A DNA stretch of 64,000 nucleotides from Phoronis australis (lineage: Eukaryota; Animalia; Phoronida): NCBI GenBank assembly GCA_002633005.1, contig NMRA01000404.1:352085-416084 (forward strand), given 5' to 3'. The notes beneath the pieces were generated by a model. The model was not told the origin of the DNA. It searched no databases and worked only from the letters and a program-made list of their open reading frames with translations. The translations under genes were made by a program, and so were the position numbers. Shown in pieces: positions 41,801-56,800 of this stretch. Positions within the stretch are counted from its first letter, which is position 1; each line of letters begins with the position of its first letter.

Positions 41801-44800
41801 TCAAATTGTAAAACTATTCCTAATAGTTGGTTAGTTGGCTGCCCCACCTGGTGGTCAAATATTAAAGCTATCCAAGGTGACAGATAGTTGGTTAGTTGGT
41901 TGACATCCAACATCCAATAGCTGCCCCACCTGGTTGTCAAACGGCAAGACGGTGCAAAAGAATATATGGAGTGGAATTTGGATGATGTCTCGGCCACAAC
42001 AAGGGGCAATTAGTTTAATTGGACGAGAACCAACTACCAGTGTCTGTTGTATCAAAATAGTCCATTACATGCAGTATGCCCGTTATTTAGTTGATGGGGC
42101 CCAAGTACTCCTGTCCGTTGCATCAAATATAGTCATATACACAGAGTATGCCCGTTATTTAGTAGATGGAGTGTTGGTACCCAAACTTTGTCTCAGTAAC
42201 AAATACAAGAAAATGCCCATTATTTAGTAGATGACGTAGGATCCGAGTTCAGATAACTGACACTTCCTATATACAGTGCTGATCAAATCGAGCACCAAAT
42301 GCAAAATTCGAGCCTGTGAACAGCAGAATGTTAATTGTTGTGCACAAATAAATACAGGGTATGTAGGTGCACAAGTCAACAGCTACTCCACCTACCTTGT
42401 GTGACATTAGAAAATTCAAAAATCAAATTGTCTCCATATCTTTTTTTCTCCATATCTTGATGTGTTTTTCCTAAGCCATGCCGTGCGCATAAATAAACGT
42501 TTCAAGTTCACAATTATCATAACGATAACGAAATTTAAACCACAATATCAGCATCGAATGCCAGATACAACCGTGTAATTACCCATAAAGTTATCTCACT
42601 AGTGACATAACATTTTGACGGGAAAGCGAGGCCGGATTCGAACCCGAGCCTCAAGAGTTTCGAGTCGCCGACTTTACCACTACACCACTAAGCGGGTGAC
42701 GTCATCGAACGTGAAAATAGAATACTTAAATGAGCACGCAACAATCGCATGTTCAGCAAAGGGCATTGTACCGACATTTATACGCTATGAAAAATAAGAC
42801 GCATAATTTCCATAAAAATGATATCTCCAATTTGAATGCGGGCATCCTGTCGTCTCAATCCTTTGACTTGAGCATTATAGTGAAATACAACCAAGTAAGG
42901 TTTTCGAAATTGTTCAGAGATTCCAAATCTTCAATTTGGCTATCACCATATTTGCAATTTAGTGGCTTGAGTTTTAATAAAAACTAATGACAAGTGTAGT
43001 TTTGTTTGCTGTGAAATGTCAAGTGTAGCTGCCTGTAATCTGGAAAGTTCACAATTAACTGAGAACTAATTAAGTTTCGCTGGCAATCAAAATCTACCAC
43101 TGTTTTGGTAGACAGGAGCATTAAAATGAAATAACACAAACTGGTTTGAAACATATTTAAACCCATCGTTCCTTTGGAAAGTGGCCCATGGTCAAGTTAA
43201 AAACAAATTAACTAGTTAGTCGTTTTGTGATATTTAAAATAACAAGTTAAAACTACTCCCCACAGTCTCAGCTGCAACTCCACTATTGCCAGAGGGAACA
43301 AACTTGGGAAAAAATAACAAGCATCATTGTTGAGACAGCAGTGCTAGCTATTTCCTTTCCACTTCATTAGCTCAGATCTACATCAATACAAAGGGCGTGC
43401 TGAATAGGCATCATAACAGTTGTCTAGGGCTTAGGGAATCTGAGAAGCGACCAGTGTAAGCGAAAAATTCTCCACATGAACTCATCAACTGTAGCAGCCA
43501 AGGACTGCTTCTCATTTTAAAATCATTTGAAAATGCCAAAAAAGCAAAATAGTTTGTATTTGATAGTGATTTTATTTTGGTTTTAAAACTGTTTCACTTT
43601 CAATTTTTTAATTGTTTAATAGCTGATATTTTCACAAACACCTGATATTTTTAATATTTTCCATTTTAATACAAAATATTTGCAAAATCGTTTTCTAAGA
43701 TTTTCTTTTTGAACATGTTTTACTTTTCAAATAAATTTCTTTTCCTTTAAAAATATATTGCGTTCTTAGCAATCAAATTAAAATTTGCTATTGGATATTG
43801 GATGTCAACCAACTAACCAACTATCTGTCCCTTTGTATAGCGTCATGATTTGGCAAACAGGTGGGGCAGGTATTGGATGTTAGATGTCAACCAACTAACT
43901 ACATCTTAGCTGTATCTGCCAGTGATCGTTTGACCACCAGATGGAGTAGCTATTGGATGTTGGATGTCAACCAACTAACCAACTCTCTGTCCCTTTGTAT
44001 AGCTTCATGATTTGACCACCAGGTGGGGCAGCTGTAAGATGTTGGATATCAACCAACTAACTACATCATAGGTGTATCTGCCAGTGATAGTTTGTCCAGC
44101 AGGTGGAGCAGCTATTAGGTGTTGGATGTCAACCAACTAACCAATTATCTGTCCCTTCGTACAGCTTCATGATTTGACCACTAGGTGTAGCAGGTATTGG
44201 ATGTTGGATGTCAACCAACTAACTATCTGTCCCTTAGTATAGCTTCAAGATTTGACCACCAGGTGGGGCAGATATTGGATGTTGGATGTGAAACAACTAA
44301 CCAAATATCTTTCCCTTTATAGCTTCACGAAGCTTTGTTGGATGTCAACCAACCACAAGGTGGAGTATGCTCGCTGGCTGTCATCCAAGTAAGGTGTACA
44401 CCTAACTAGTTGGTTGACAACCATGTAAGAATCTGACATACCTCAGAGCGCCACCTCTTAGCTTTGTAAAATATCAATAAATCTTAAAACCGGAAGAAAG
44501 TGACATGGGTCGCTGCAGTTTGTGACGAAAAAATCGATGAATATTTAAAAATATGTTCAACAAGAAGAGAGTACTAAGTATACATTATTGCATGGCGAAG
44601 TCGTTAGGTCCCGTAATCTTGACCCCCGGCCGATAGGCTAGCTTGCAAAACATCTTATCATGCTGAGCTTGCACCGTGAAAATATCGTCTGCTAAAGTAT
44701 GTTACTACTGATTACTGAGTATAAAGTCAAAGATTCCCGAAGACTTGTTACCCACATTTAAACTCGAGATCACGATTTACAAGTAAGGTCCATTTTTCTA

Positions 44801-47800
44801 GATATAGCTTCTGCTTTCGTCTGTGTCCCTCACGACCTTCTACTCCTCGAAAAAGCCATTGAGATTGATTCATTGCAATGTTTATCGTTCAGTATGTGGT
44901 ACAAATAGATTATTACTTTGCGTGTTCCCTGTCGTTATCCCCCTCATCTAGAGCCCTCGTGGATTGTATAAAAGTCTCCAAAATCCACGAGGTCTCTATA
45001 TTACGGGGGACAACGACTTTGGCATGTAATTTATATTTATTTTAAAGCATCGAAGAATATACAAAGAATGTGACTGTACTTTATATTTTAGCTGGATTGG
45101 CGTGAGCTTTCTTACATATTTTGACGATTTTCATTGTCCATGGTGGTAACATTGGTGGTCACCACATTTACAGTTTGGAGAGACATTATTAAAGTTGTAC
45201 CTAAACTTGTCGGTGTTGAGGAAAAGACCGCATCTCAATCGGTACAATGCTACTCCGTTTTAGCGAGGCAACAAGAACTGTGTCAGAGAAACTGAGTTGT
45301 CAAAATCTTAAAAAAACAAAAAAATTTTTAGTTGTGAATGTGTTGCTTTCCTTAACAGAGACTGGAAGAGAATTCCAGTTGTTGATGCACGACAACACTG
45401 TAGACATTCTGAATGCGTGGCTGAACGACGGAGAAATTGCATATGGATCACAAACCAGCCTCGTTAAGTATCAAATAATTTTGTAGCAGAGAAATTGTTG
45501 ACATTGCTTAGTACTTTGAAACTATAAAGGTGGCCATGAGAAGATTGCGTCGAGCAGACAGTTTGGGCCACTTGAGATTATACAAAACCTTTACATTATT
45601 GGATCTCCTGTAAGCTCCAGTTATAAGTATGGTAAGGTAGTTTTATACTGAAATTTCTCCAAATGCTGGAGTGCAACAATGTTGGCAGACTGGTATGTAA
45701 TAGCACAGTAATCGATGTGTGGAAGTATAAAGGATTTGGACAGGGCTTCTAAATGTGTAGAATTCAGATGCTGAGAGACAAGCTTAAGTGTATTGATTAG
45801 TTTTTACCGAAAGTAAAATGTGAAGGAAAGTTTTTCATATAACAGTAACTGATTTCTAAGATTGGTTCTATCATTAAGTTTGAGGTCATAGGATGGGATC
45901 ACACAGAAAGGGGAGAATTATTAGATTTGGAGAAGGTGAGGTCAACGCTTTTTTTCTGGTTTAGACCACATTATCCATTCTTTTGACCAAGAGCTGAGTT
46001 TGTTCAAGTCGTGTTGTAGCTGCAAAAACTCTCAGAGCTGCCTCCTGCAAAAAGGTAAAAAGTGCCGTGTCACCTGCATAAAGGTGAGTGCTACATGACA
46101 GAATTTCAGGAAGATCATTAAATATAGACAAAGAAGAGAAGAGGGCCTAAAACGCCACCTTGCGGTACACCTGCCTTTACAAACCCAGGAGGCGATGATG
46201 TTGAAAGAGCACCGTCGACACGAACGCTGTATGTACGATCAGACAGATATGACGTGATCATATTTAGAAGATTTCAAGTATTACCATGGGCTCGGATTTG
46301 TGGAGTAGGTCATGAGGGACACAATCGAAAGCAGTGGCTATATCTAGAAAGATCCGGATTTGACACTCGCATCATTTTCAAGATGTAAATGAACTTTGGA
46401 GTCTTTTTTGTGAATGGGGACCATAATTTCATATTTCCAAGAAGACTGATGCACACCTAGTTGAAGAAGTTTGTTTAATAGGTTGGTTAAAGGCATCGTA
46501 ATTTCCTTGGCAATCATTTTGTTGGTGATAAAAGCTGTGCCATCATTCTTATTGGGGTCAGTTTTGTGGAGATACTTGCGAACGTCGGTTTGATTAGCCA
46601 GGCTACCAGACAGTTGATCGAAATGGAGAAAGGGAACGTTACCTTCATCAGTTGGTGTAATGTGGCTTTTGTTCGTGAAAAACTTGACGGACAGGTTATT
46701 TTTGTCATTGCTACTTGACGCTAGGTTACCATTGTGGTTGATAACTGAGTAAGAGAATTGTTATTGACAACCGCGGAATTCATTGATAATATTTTTGGAG
46801 TTCTTGCTTCCATTGTTAGTTTTTGAAAACAAAACTTTTGACGGTGATCAGCTCTTGCTTCATTTATTAAATTCTCTGAGTAGAGTGACTGCTTCTTGTA
46901 TCTGTTGGAGATTATAGTGTTGTTTGATCTTCTCGCCGAGTTTATTTCTTGTGCGGATTGCCCGTTTGATATTATTGTTGAACCATGACTGGCTGTTGTG
47001 TTTAATTACATTTTAGTTGATGGGATGTTGTTTTTTTAAAATGTCATAAAGGGTACTATTGAATAGTGAAACAGTGTCAGCTATGCCACCTGGAGATGAT
47101 ATCCTGGAGTGGTTTAACGGTGTCGATTTGATCATATTTCCATGTAGTTGGTGTGACGTCTTATTTCGTAACTGGTTTGTTAAATGTTAAAGTGGTTTCA
47201 ACTGCGTGGTTATAAGAATTGCCAACAGGAGGTAGTACTGAACATGATTCAATGATACCCAAATTGTTTGTATTGAAGAGATCAATAGATAGTTGAGAAA
47301 TGACGAGCTTGCCCGTTTGCTCATTAATTAACGGTATGCAGACGTCAAAAGGGAAGATATCCAACAATTGTAATCCGGCCGTATTGTCATGATCATCATT
47401 GAACCAGGTGGAATTTTGGACATTAAAATCACTAACGTTATTGCAGTAAACTCCTATATCTGATCGGCTAGAGCTTTAGAGTAGTGATTTTTTCAGTTGG
47501 TGACTACGAAGGTGATATTGTAACCAGGATGGTTAGTTCACTATCAAGATCGTTTTTGGTAACACAAGTTTCACGAAGGGCGACAATCATATAATCGTTG
47601 GACTGGACAGAGTTTTGAAATTCGTCTTGCGAGATGAATAACGGATTTACTACACAATATTTTAACATTGAGGAAGGTCTCCGACACGGAGACCCGCTGC
47701 CAAATCTGTTGTTTGTCTTGTGTGCTGAAATCATGTCGCACCACACTAGAAACAACGAAGTAATTAATTAGTGGATTTTTAATTGCTGAACAAGAAATTA

Positions 47801-50800
47801 AACTAGCCCAGTATGCAGACGATACTAACCTTTTTTAAAATGCACAATCTGAGGAAAATTGTTTAAGATTTTCAAATGCTTTTGCAATATTATCTGGGAT
47901 CCAGTTATACTATAAAAATGTGAAGGTATTTAGGTTTCTTCATATAACCAATCCCAAAGAGATCTATTTCAGTACGGTATCAGTTGGCTTCAAAAGCTTT
48001 TTTTACCAACCTTAAAATGTTGTCTCAAACCTTATTTAGTGGCCTCCATTCTAACTCGTATATCTAACTAAGCTTTGCCAACTAGTAAAAGAATACATGT
48101 TTTGAAAGAAAAAGATCAGGGAATATAAAAACATGCTTTGTATTTATGTGCCATTATTATTATTACGTTAACAGCTTTTTAAGTGAAAATTTCATTTTTA
48201 CGAAAGGTGCATTCGTAGAAAAGTAACCCCTCGGTCGATTTTAATGAAACCTTTTTGAAATGAAAACTTCACCAGTTACCTCAATAATGCTGTTAGGAAT
48301 TTTTGAATAGTCCTTTCTTTTGGTTTCTATGACAAAAAAATCGTAAGGATTTTTTGTAAAGAAATAAAAGTCGTATTCGTCTTTGTTACAATACGCAAAA
48401 ACTAAGCCTTTTTATCGAAAGTTTCAGCGGATTCCACCAAGGTGTTTTCGAGAACTCGTGTACCTAAGTTCAAATAAAGTCGATTTGCCAAAGCCGATAA
48501 AAAGCCGAGTAAACTGGGACGAGTGAAAATCTCAAAGTCTTCGGATAATTATTCGGTGAAAACTTGTTTTCGGTAAATATAACCTATACATGCCTGACTA
48601 TGTTATCTATTTCAACATTCACTCGCAATGTCAACTGAATTCGGAGTACGTAGTTAACTTAATTATCATTAAAATGTATCGTTCTCAGCCACGACTGTTA
48701 CTGTTATTTTACCTACTTTTATTATTGTCATTAACATAATAGTCTGTACAGACCACGCGCCGGGAGACTGGTACAAAACCAAGCGAGAAAAGGATAACAA
48801 AAATTGAGTCGGTGGTTAAAGCATGTCGTTAGCATGAGATCGAAACAGCGAAATGTCAATTTACTTATTGAATTAAGGAATTAGGGTGAGGATTTATCTC
48901 ATTTCACAACTTGGTGTGTTCATGACCACTATAGGCGTGAGGCGACTCGTAGCATTAATTTTGTTTTCAACGGTCGTATGCATGTAGACGCACAACTCCC
49001 GTTTTGTCGTTGTTTTCCTTGGCACCGTTCTATCATAAGTACACCTCGATGACTCTATTAAGGCGACTCGGTGAATGAAGGGACGGGGCCCAAATGAAGC
49101 TGCTCTGTACCTGACGGGAGATTCCATTAAAGTGACCGCATTGTAACCTTTGATCTCAGTTGGATACGTAGTAAACAAATATCCACGCGGTTGTGCGGTT
49201 CCAAGGTGGTTCTGCTATTTTTTTCTCTCTACAAGGTATATCTTTTATTTGAAGTTCTCCGAGAATGAAGACAAGGTATTTTGCTAGACACGTGAAATAT
49301 TGTAAAAATGGCCAATTTTTGTGAATAAGGTTTGACTCCTTAAGAATTTAGGAATACATTAACGGGTGATGCTGAAAAACGAAATTTTGAAGAAAAAAAT
49401 AAAAACATGACAGACCTTTTCAATACATAGAAATCGTGGAAACTGACCACAAAAGATCGAATTAACATTACAAAAACCTTTGATTTGTAGAAACCGATAC
49501 TTGCAGAGTCAACCGTCGGAATCTCAAAAAATAGAACTTTCTGAACTTATTAGGTTTTATTTGGTTAAACAGACCATCCAAGGTTGAAGAAATAGTGACA
49601 ATTTTGTCTTATGAAGATGGCGGATTGAGGTCTCCTAGCATGGAATTGTTCAAACGTTTAATTTGATTCAACGTTTAAATAGTCCTGACAAGGCAAATTA
49701 AAAGATTGACCCGAGGTATCATTTTAGTCGCTTTGGGGGTGACCTTATTTTTTCTTCCAACTTTCATCTTAAAAATTTATAACAAAATTACTAATCATTT
49801 TTATAAGGATGTTCTTCTTTTGTGGACTTTCTTAATCCTACAATGTTTAGCAATGTTCCAATAACTAAACAGGTGACTTGAAACAATAATATTGTAATTT
49901 GACCGTCAGTTGTAAATCATTATTTTAACATGACCTTTACAAGAAAGTTCTGATCTTTTGTGGTGATTTTTAAACACCCATTTGTAAATGTTTAAATATT
50001 TCTTCATTCACAAAAGATTTACACTAATAGAATGTTAAACATTCCTGTTCATTCAGAATCCGATCATTGTCCATAGTGGGGAGAGGTTCAAACCCATCAC
50101 GTGATTTATGACTGCCTCTATGTTAAATATGTCTGGAACTCACTTCACCAGTTTTTAAGTCATGTTTTCAATTTGCATGTTAATCCAACTGTATAACTTT
50201 GTTTCTTTGAAGCAGAACGTCAAGTATCCAATACCCTATACACCCATACTAATACTATAGCTGTACTTCATCGAGACGGGGATCTGCACCTTGTTTTATT
50301 AATTTTAACTTCAAACTGCTTGAAACAGTAAAGATTACTGCCTTTAATGGCTCTGACAAGACTGTGGATCAGTGTAGGGTTTTGAAGGCATGTCTGTGAA
50401 TAATTCATTGAATAACTTTCTTAGAAATAAGGATATTTCGTTATACTTATGGTACAGTTACTTTTGCGAGCATGAATGAGTGCGCGAAAGTCCTTCCCCT
50501 TTTCTTTTACCCCCTTCCATACACGGGCGGCGCACCATAGGGAGCTGGGGGAGCTTTAGTCCCACTTTTTTCAGTGCTGCGCCGTCCATGTCATAGAGAC
50601 ATTATAGTTATTATTTTCTTTTTCTTCGTTTGTAAATATTTACTCTTTTGCTGTAATATATTTTACTAATATTGTGAGGGTGTGTACTTCGGGCTACTCA
50701 CCCCTTAGCCACATCCAATCATGATTTCTGGGTTACATGAACGTATTAACATAAAAAACATCGCGCTCTTATGAAGTAACGTAAAAACATTATTTGCGCT

Positions 50801-53800
50801 AATTTTGCAGCGAAGTCGACACAAGCTAAGTTTACTGGTAAAGAGAATATTCTTCTAAAACAGTTGCCTTGAATCTGAGTTGCTCTGACGCTAACTTTTG
50901 CAACTCTCTCGCATACAGCAATTATGAGTATATTAGGAACGATAGATGGACACGTGGCAAAACACTTAGAAACATTTTATACAAACCTTGGCATAACATT
51001 TGATCTTCATTGAAAACACAAACTTTGTCGTTGGGACACTCTAGCCGACAGGGGGCCTTGTCGTCGCACAAGGTTCCTTCATACCGGTGGGGACATACAC
51101 AACGCGGTGTGGTGTTGGACGATGCAACACATTCGCCGCCACTGCGACACTTAAGATTACAAGTAGTATTACACAGTTGACCTCCCCAATCTTGTTCACA
51201 CTCACATTTGGACATAATCGTGGTTTTATTATTGAACATGTAAGAGATCTGAACGCAATGTCCGTGAACGCATGGGTAACCTAGACACTGCGGGTATCCT
51301 AACCTCAAGAAGCGCTCATGGAGAGACATGTCGCTCTCTCTGTGCCAGGACAATTTTCTGTTCAAGAAACAGTTACGTCAGTTGAACAGTGGTAGACAGA
51401 CGCAGAGAGACGAACATCCACCGAGCCCGAACACGCACGTGGTTCCATTACTACACACCCTGTTTAAGTATGGTTGGCTGCACGACGGTTGGACCGTGTC
51501 CATGTTCGGGAGGCGAACCTCACTTTTGTTGACGCCAACACTTGAGGTCATTTCACTGTCTTGATCTTTCAAATTGGATTGTCCATTTGTAGCGGTGCGG
51601 TTTTTTGTCAGACTGTTATCTGTCGGCATAGCTTGCCGCCGTCTTTGCACGATTTCAACGTCTGTAGCTCTGAGAGGCGTGACCAAACATAGGAGTAAGA
51701 GCCCGGTCACTAATGATGTCAGAGTATTCATGGTTTAAGTTGCTTCTGTTTTCCGAGAGCGTCACATCTTAGCTTTATAAAATATAATCGTGAAAGTGGA
51801 ACGCTGCAATCTGCGACGGAAAATCGATGAATGCCCAGTAAAGATTTATTTAACGGACCAGCATAATCCGCTGCTGGTCCGGTAACATTGGATTCAATGC
51901 GGCAGTCATCGGCGAACTAAACGAGCCAGCACCGTCACGATTACCGTTTGCCGCTTCCAGCATTTCAACCGTGCCATGCGGATGCCGACAAGAGCTTTAA
52001 TGTTTAAAGAAATGCCGTTTAGAACCAGAAACTGCCACGAGGAAATCTGCACAGTTTCCTCTAGCCTTGTAAGCTATGCACCTGGGTTTATTGCGTAATG
52101 GTGGTCGTTTGGAGGGCGTCATGAACAATTTTGCGACTTAATCATTGTGTCAAAAGAGTACATTGAGTTACTATCCTTTTATCAGTCACGTTTATTGATG
52201 ATATAGGACATCTATAAATGTGAGCAATGGAGTCTATTATAGGACAATTATAAATATGTGCAATGGAGTTTATTATAGGACAACGATAAATGTGTGCTAT
52301 GGAGTTTATTATAGGACAACTATAAATGTGTGCTATAGAGCTTATTATAGGACAACTATAAATGTGTGCAATGGAGTTTATTATAGGACAACTATAAATG
52401 TGTGCAGTATTTGAACGTGGCGTCTGGAGCAATTCATTAGAAGCAAACATTGTGAAAATTCATAGTCATTTACTAGAAGAATAAAATTCATTAGTTTATA
52501 AATAACAAAAACAATAGAAATATACAATCAGGGTAGTTGAACAATGGTGATTTCACTGTGGAAAAATCCATGAAGTACAAATACCAATAACTTTCAAATA
52601 ATGGGAAACATGTCATTTAGGGACAGGCATCAATGCACTTAGAAAGGAAAAAATCGTACTTCAACCAATCACCAGTGAGGTGCTTCTTAAAGCTGTATTT
52701 CCACTAAACTTTGCTTATATTTTTGAATTCTTAACAGACGAGGTTCAAGGTTTAAAAACGTTACTAGACTTATCAAACTACGAAGGAACACTACTGCCAT
52801 GGAAAAATAAAATTTGAATCTGTAAATACGGATTGCCAATCTGTTATTCCAGATTGCCAATCTGTTATTCTGGATCGCCAATCTGTTATTATGGATTGAC
52901 AACTCATCAATACACATTCGGTTGTGCGTCTTAGTTATCAGAGAGAATAAGTGAGATAATCCGTATATAATTTTTGGGCCCCTTAGTTATGATGAGATTC
53001 TGGTGTCGTTGTTAGCAAATCACAGTATGTTTAAAAGCAGGCGAAATCTTAAACGGCAACTTCGAGTCATATGGGGTTATTTTGACGCAAGAAGCACACA
53101 ACAGACCCGTAGCCAACATTGCGCCTGAAGTGGTTCGAATTTCTAGAAAGGTGGACCTTTGATACTTTGCAAACGTCGACTTAAGAGTTTTCGGTAAGGC
53201 CTTTGACGCAGCTTAATTATCGGGAAAGGAAATCTGTATCCACGCCAACGATAGCTCTCGGCTCTATGTCTTGAGATAGTAATACCAGAAATGAGGATGC
53301 CGTGCACGGTTCCTCGCAGAGAACGGGACTCAAATTCGGAAGTAATGTGGCCCACAAATAGAACGCTCTCGCGTTACCTCATGCCAAACTTTCAAATCAG
53401 GCTTTTTGAAATGAGCGATTACAGTACACATCATTACATACTCGGACGGAAATATCTAGTTGGAGAATGACTTGACGTAATTTTTCATGTTATTGTATTT
53501 TTTGTTACTTACGTTGCTTACATCATCGTTGGAAATGGGAACAGCTCACTATTCCAAAGGTTCACTGTTCCGACTGTTCACTACTTCGAAGGTTCACTAG
53601 TCCGAAGATTCATTACTCCGAAAATATCTAAAATTTCGGACTCATGTGTAACTGTTATATTTTCACATGCAAAAATATACGACACTTCGATTACTGGATG
53701 CAAATGTAACGAAAACAACGCCCGAGCAATGCACGTTGTCAGAGTTTCATGTCCATGCGAAATTGCCCGCATGTCTTACGAGTATGCCCGCATGTCTTAC

Positions 53801-56800
53801 GAGTACTGAAAAATGAGTACGTGCTTTTATTTCTAAAAGAATATGAAGTAGGAATATTGATAAATTATCAAACACGATACATTTATCAAATACATGTCAA
53901 GATCGCATCATTTCACACCGCGACTGAAAAGCTTAGGGCCGCTGTGCTCAACCTCATCCACCGGAACTACATGTACTCACACGACAGGGAAGAAACTAAA
54001 TGTAATTAGTAGGCTATCCTGTACCTGCAAGTCTTCACGAAAATCTCATTGAGTCTTCTTAAACTTAAAACCGCCTTTGGTGGCGACAGCCCGGACCCGT
54101 GGCCTAGATGTTGTCCCTAATTGAGAATGAGTCTCTGTTAGATTCAAGAATCACGATTGGCAGTGGATGGAACTGAGCTCTTTTGCAAACAATGCAAATC
54201 AATGTTTTAAGAACTATTCAACTGTTGCCCACCCTTTAAATGGTTAATAAACTGACACAAATAGCGGATTTGCAGCGACGCCATATTGAAATTAGGTTAA
54301 AATGGTGCATTGTGGGTGCTGTGGTCAGGATTCTGAAAGCGGCCATAGTAACAAGCATAATACGCGGTATGAGCGCGAAGAAAACTTACGGCGGATACAC
54401 TTGTTGTGTTCCTGGCTGCTTCAAAAACAACAAGAGAGATAAAAATCTGAGTTTTTATGTGTACCCAGCAAACCAAGAACTTCGTGAAAATGGATAAACA
54501 ACATTAGGAGAGCTGGGAGTAAGGGGAAATTTAGCGCATTCAAACCAACGCGGGGCCATCTACGTGAGGCAACACGTAGCCCCTCGGTTGGCCATATAGG
54601 GGCTACAATACTTCCATTCGCTTTCTGTATTCATTTTGTTACTTCAGTGTATTTTAAATGGGCCGTGACCGGATTTGGGTTACCGCCGATTTCGAGTTTT
54701 CACCTCGTCAAAAATACAATCTACACTTAAAACTATCATTTAAGAAACGCTTACTTTCATCATTGGTCCTTTTTACTTCTATACATATCTTTGATAAAGC
54801 TTAGTTGTGAGAATTTAGTTGACTTTGGCGAAGAATTACAACTCCACTGTTTTGGTTGCCGTTAATTTTATCACCGCGTGCGCGATAACCACAAAGCGTG
54901 TCAACTGAATCCCGTGAGTTAGGCAAAGGTTAGCGCGAGACTGAGCGAAGCGCGTGACGCTAGCGCGCGACACTTGTAAAATAGCATAAGGTATCGGGTG
55001 AAACTTGTAAGATGTGTGTCCCTTCGACTTTTTATTCGTCAACATGCGTTATTTCACGTAACTTCCTCAAAATGGCACCCGGTAACTGAGAGAAACTCGA
55101 GCAAACCGCGACAGATTTTCAGTCATCGATTTGTTTAAGTTTTGCTGACTAAATTGTATACAGAGTCGTGGTATGTGTTAATTATAACTCCGTGTTCCTA
55201 TATGTATGGTTCATTTGATTTTATTTGCTGTATTTTGAAATGAGTAACTTTTTGTGAGGATGTACTATCGCCCCTGAATGCCTGCGGCATCCAGTGCGAT
55301 GTAATTGCCTAGGGGCCATCGTGTGTGCAGCGAACATTTTCCTGGTGAAAAAAGACTTATGATAACAACATTCCGACGGAGTTTCCTCTTAAAATTAACG
55401 TCTCTAGCATATACACGGCGAAAGCTACAAAAGTTAAGCAACCCAAGAACTCTCAAGTTGTCTGAAACCGGAGGAGATTTCGAAATCAACGCCGATAGCC
55501 CCAATACTGAACATGACGACAGTCGTGCCCTCGGTCACTGATCATAGCTGCGCTGTGTTTACAAACGAGAGAGAGGACTTGCTTGGTATTATAAAGCAAA
55601 AAATGAAACATGGTTTTTAGTTTGCAAATCACTCCAAATGCACACACTATCCAGCCTGCTCAAGACATGCCTGACCACAAGCTATCCCATGAGCCTTCGC
55701 GAAGGAAGTAACTCGCACATGCGCAATGCGTAGTTCGTCTGCGCTGCAAATCCGCTATTCAATACTTTATTCATGTCAGTTCCAAATCATATGTAGATAA
55801 TGAACTGTCGGAGTTCTCGGTGGTTTCAGAATTGTGGACATTCGAAGTAGCGAACTTTCGAAGGTAGCGAACCTTCGTACATTACTTCGTTTTCCCGTTG
55901 CTCCCAACTTGTTCGACTCTAGCCCAACAACAAGTTGGGAAGTTTACCCCTGTAGTCAATATCTTACACGACTGATTAACTCCATTCTGGCGTTCATGGC
56001 TGGAGGGCCAACTCTCTTTTGTTCCGATAATTGCTCTAATCTCCAATAAGATATGTATCTACCCTGACTGGGCTGTACTGTTAAAAATAAAAGTTAAGTT
56101 ATAGCATATTTGAACATAAACCAATAGCATTTATGAACTCTTCGTCAAATGGTGATCATGTTTAGTTTTTGAATCGCCAAAATCGCCCAACTGCAACCGA
56201 AGTTACGACATTCTATTCTTTCCGAATACACCAATTCACTTTGAGTTTGACTGTGTTCACAGGTGGTCTGTAATAAGCCAGTTAGATAATTGGCCTGCTT
56301 GTTGTCATAACAGACAAAAGAGTGAGCTTGGCAGTTAACAAAGAAGCTAGATGTTATCACACCCTCAGAACCCCCAACTTCTGCTGGTAAAGTCACTGAA
56401 CGGGAAAACGCTGTAATGGTAGTGAAAAGTGACAGGTAACCTTGGACATCTTTTCAATCAAGTTTGTTGCTCGTATGAAATATGAGACGCTGTGCACCAT
56501 TGACACTGGTTGACAATAGAAGACCTAGAGTTAATTTTCCCTAATAATAAATTCCAGTAGTTAAATGTCTGGTTTTTGAGAAACGACAGAGTAGTCAGTG
56601 AACTTAACGTCGGAGTGTATTGAATTTAAAAGAACGGAAACGCACACAAGTGTACAGGCATGCATGTCAAACCACCAATCCACAATCAAAGTAGACACTG
56701 GATGAACAACATACATGTATTTGACGATCACTATCAATTCGAAATTTGAAAATGCCTGCACTTTATCCATACTATGCTAGCAAATACACCAAAGTAGTAG

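Noticed and set aside
51378-51380. In-frame TGA as selenocysteine
   Set aside because: It aligns with the conserved EGF Gly (probably GGA>TGA), not a Cys, and I identified no SECIS.
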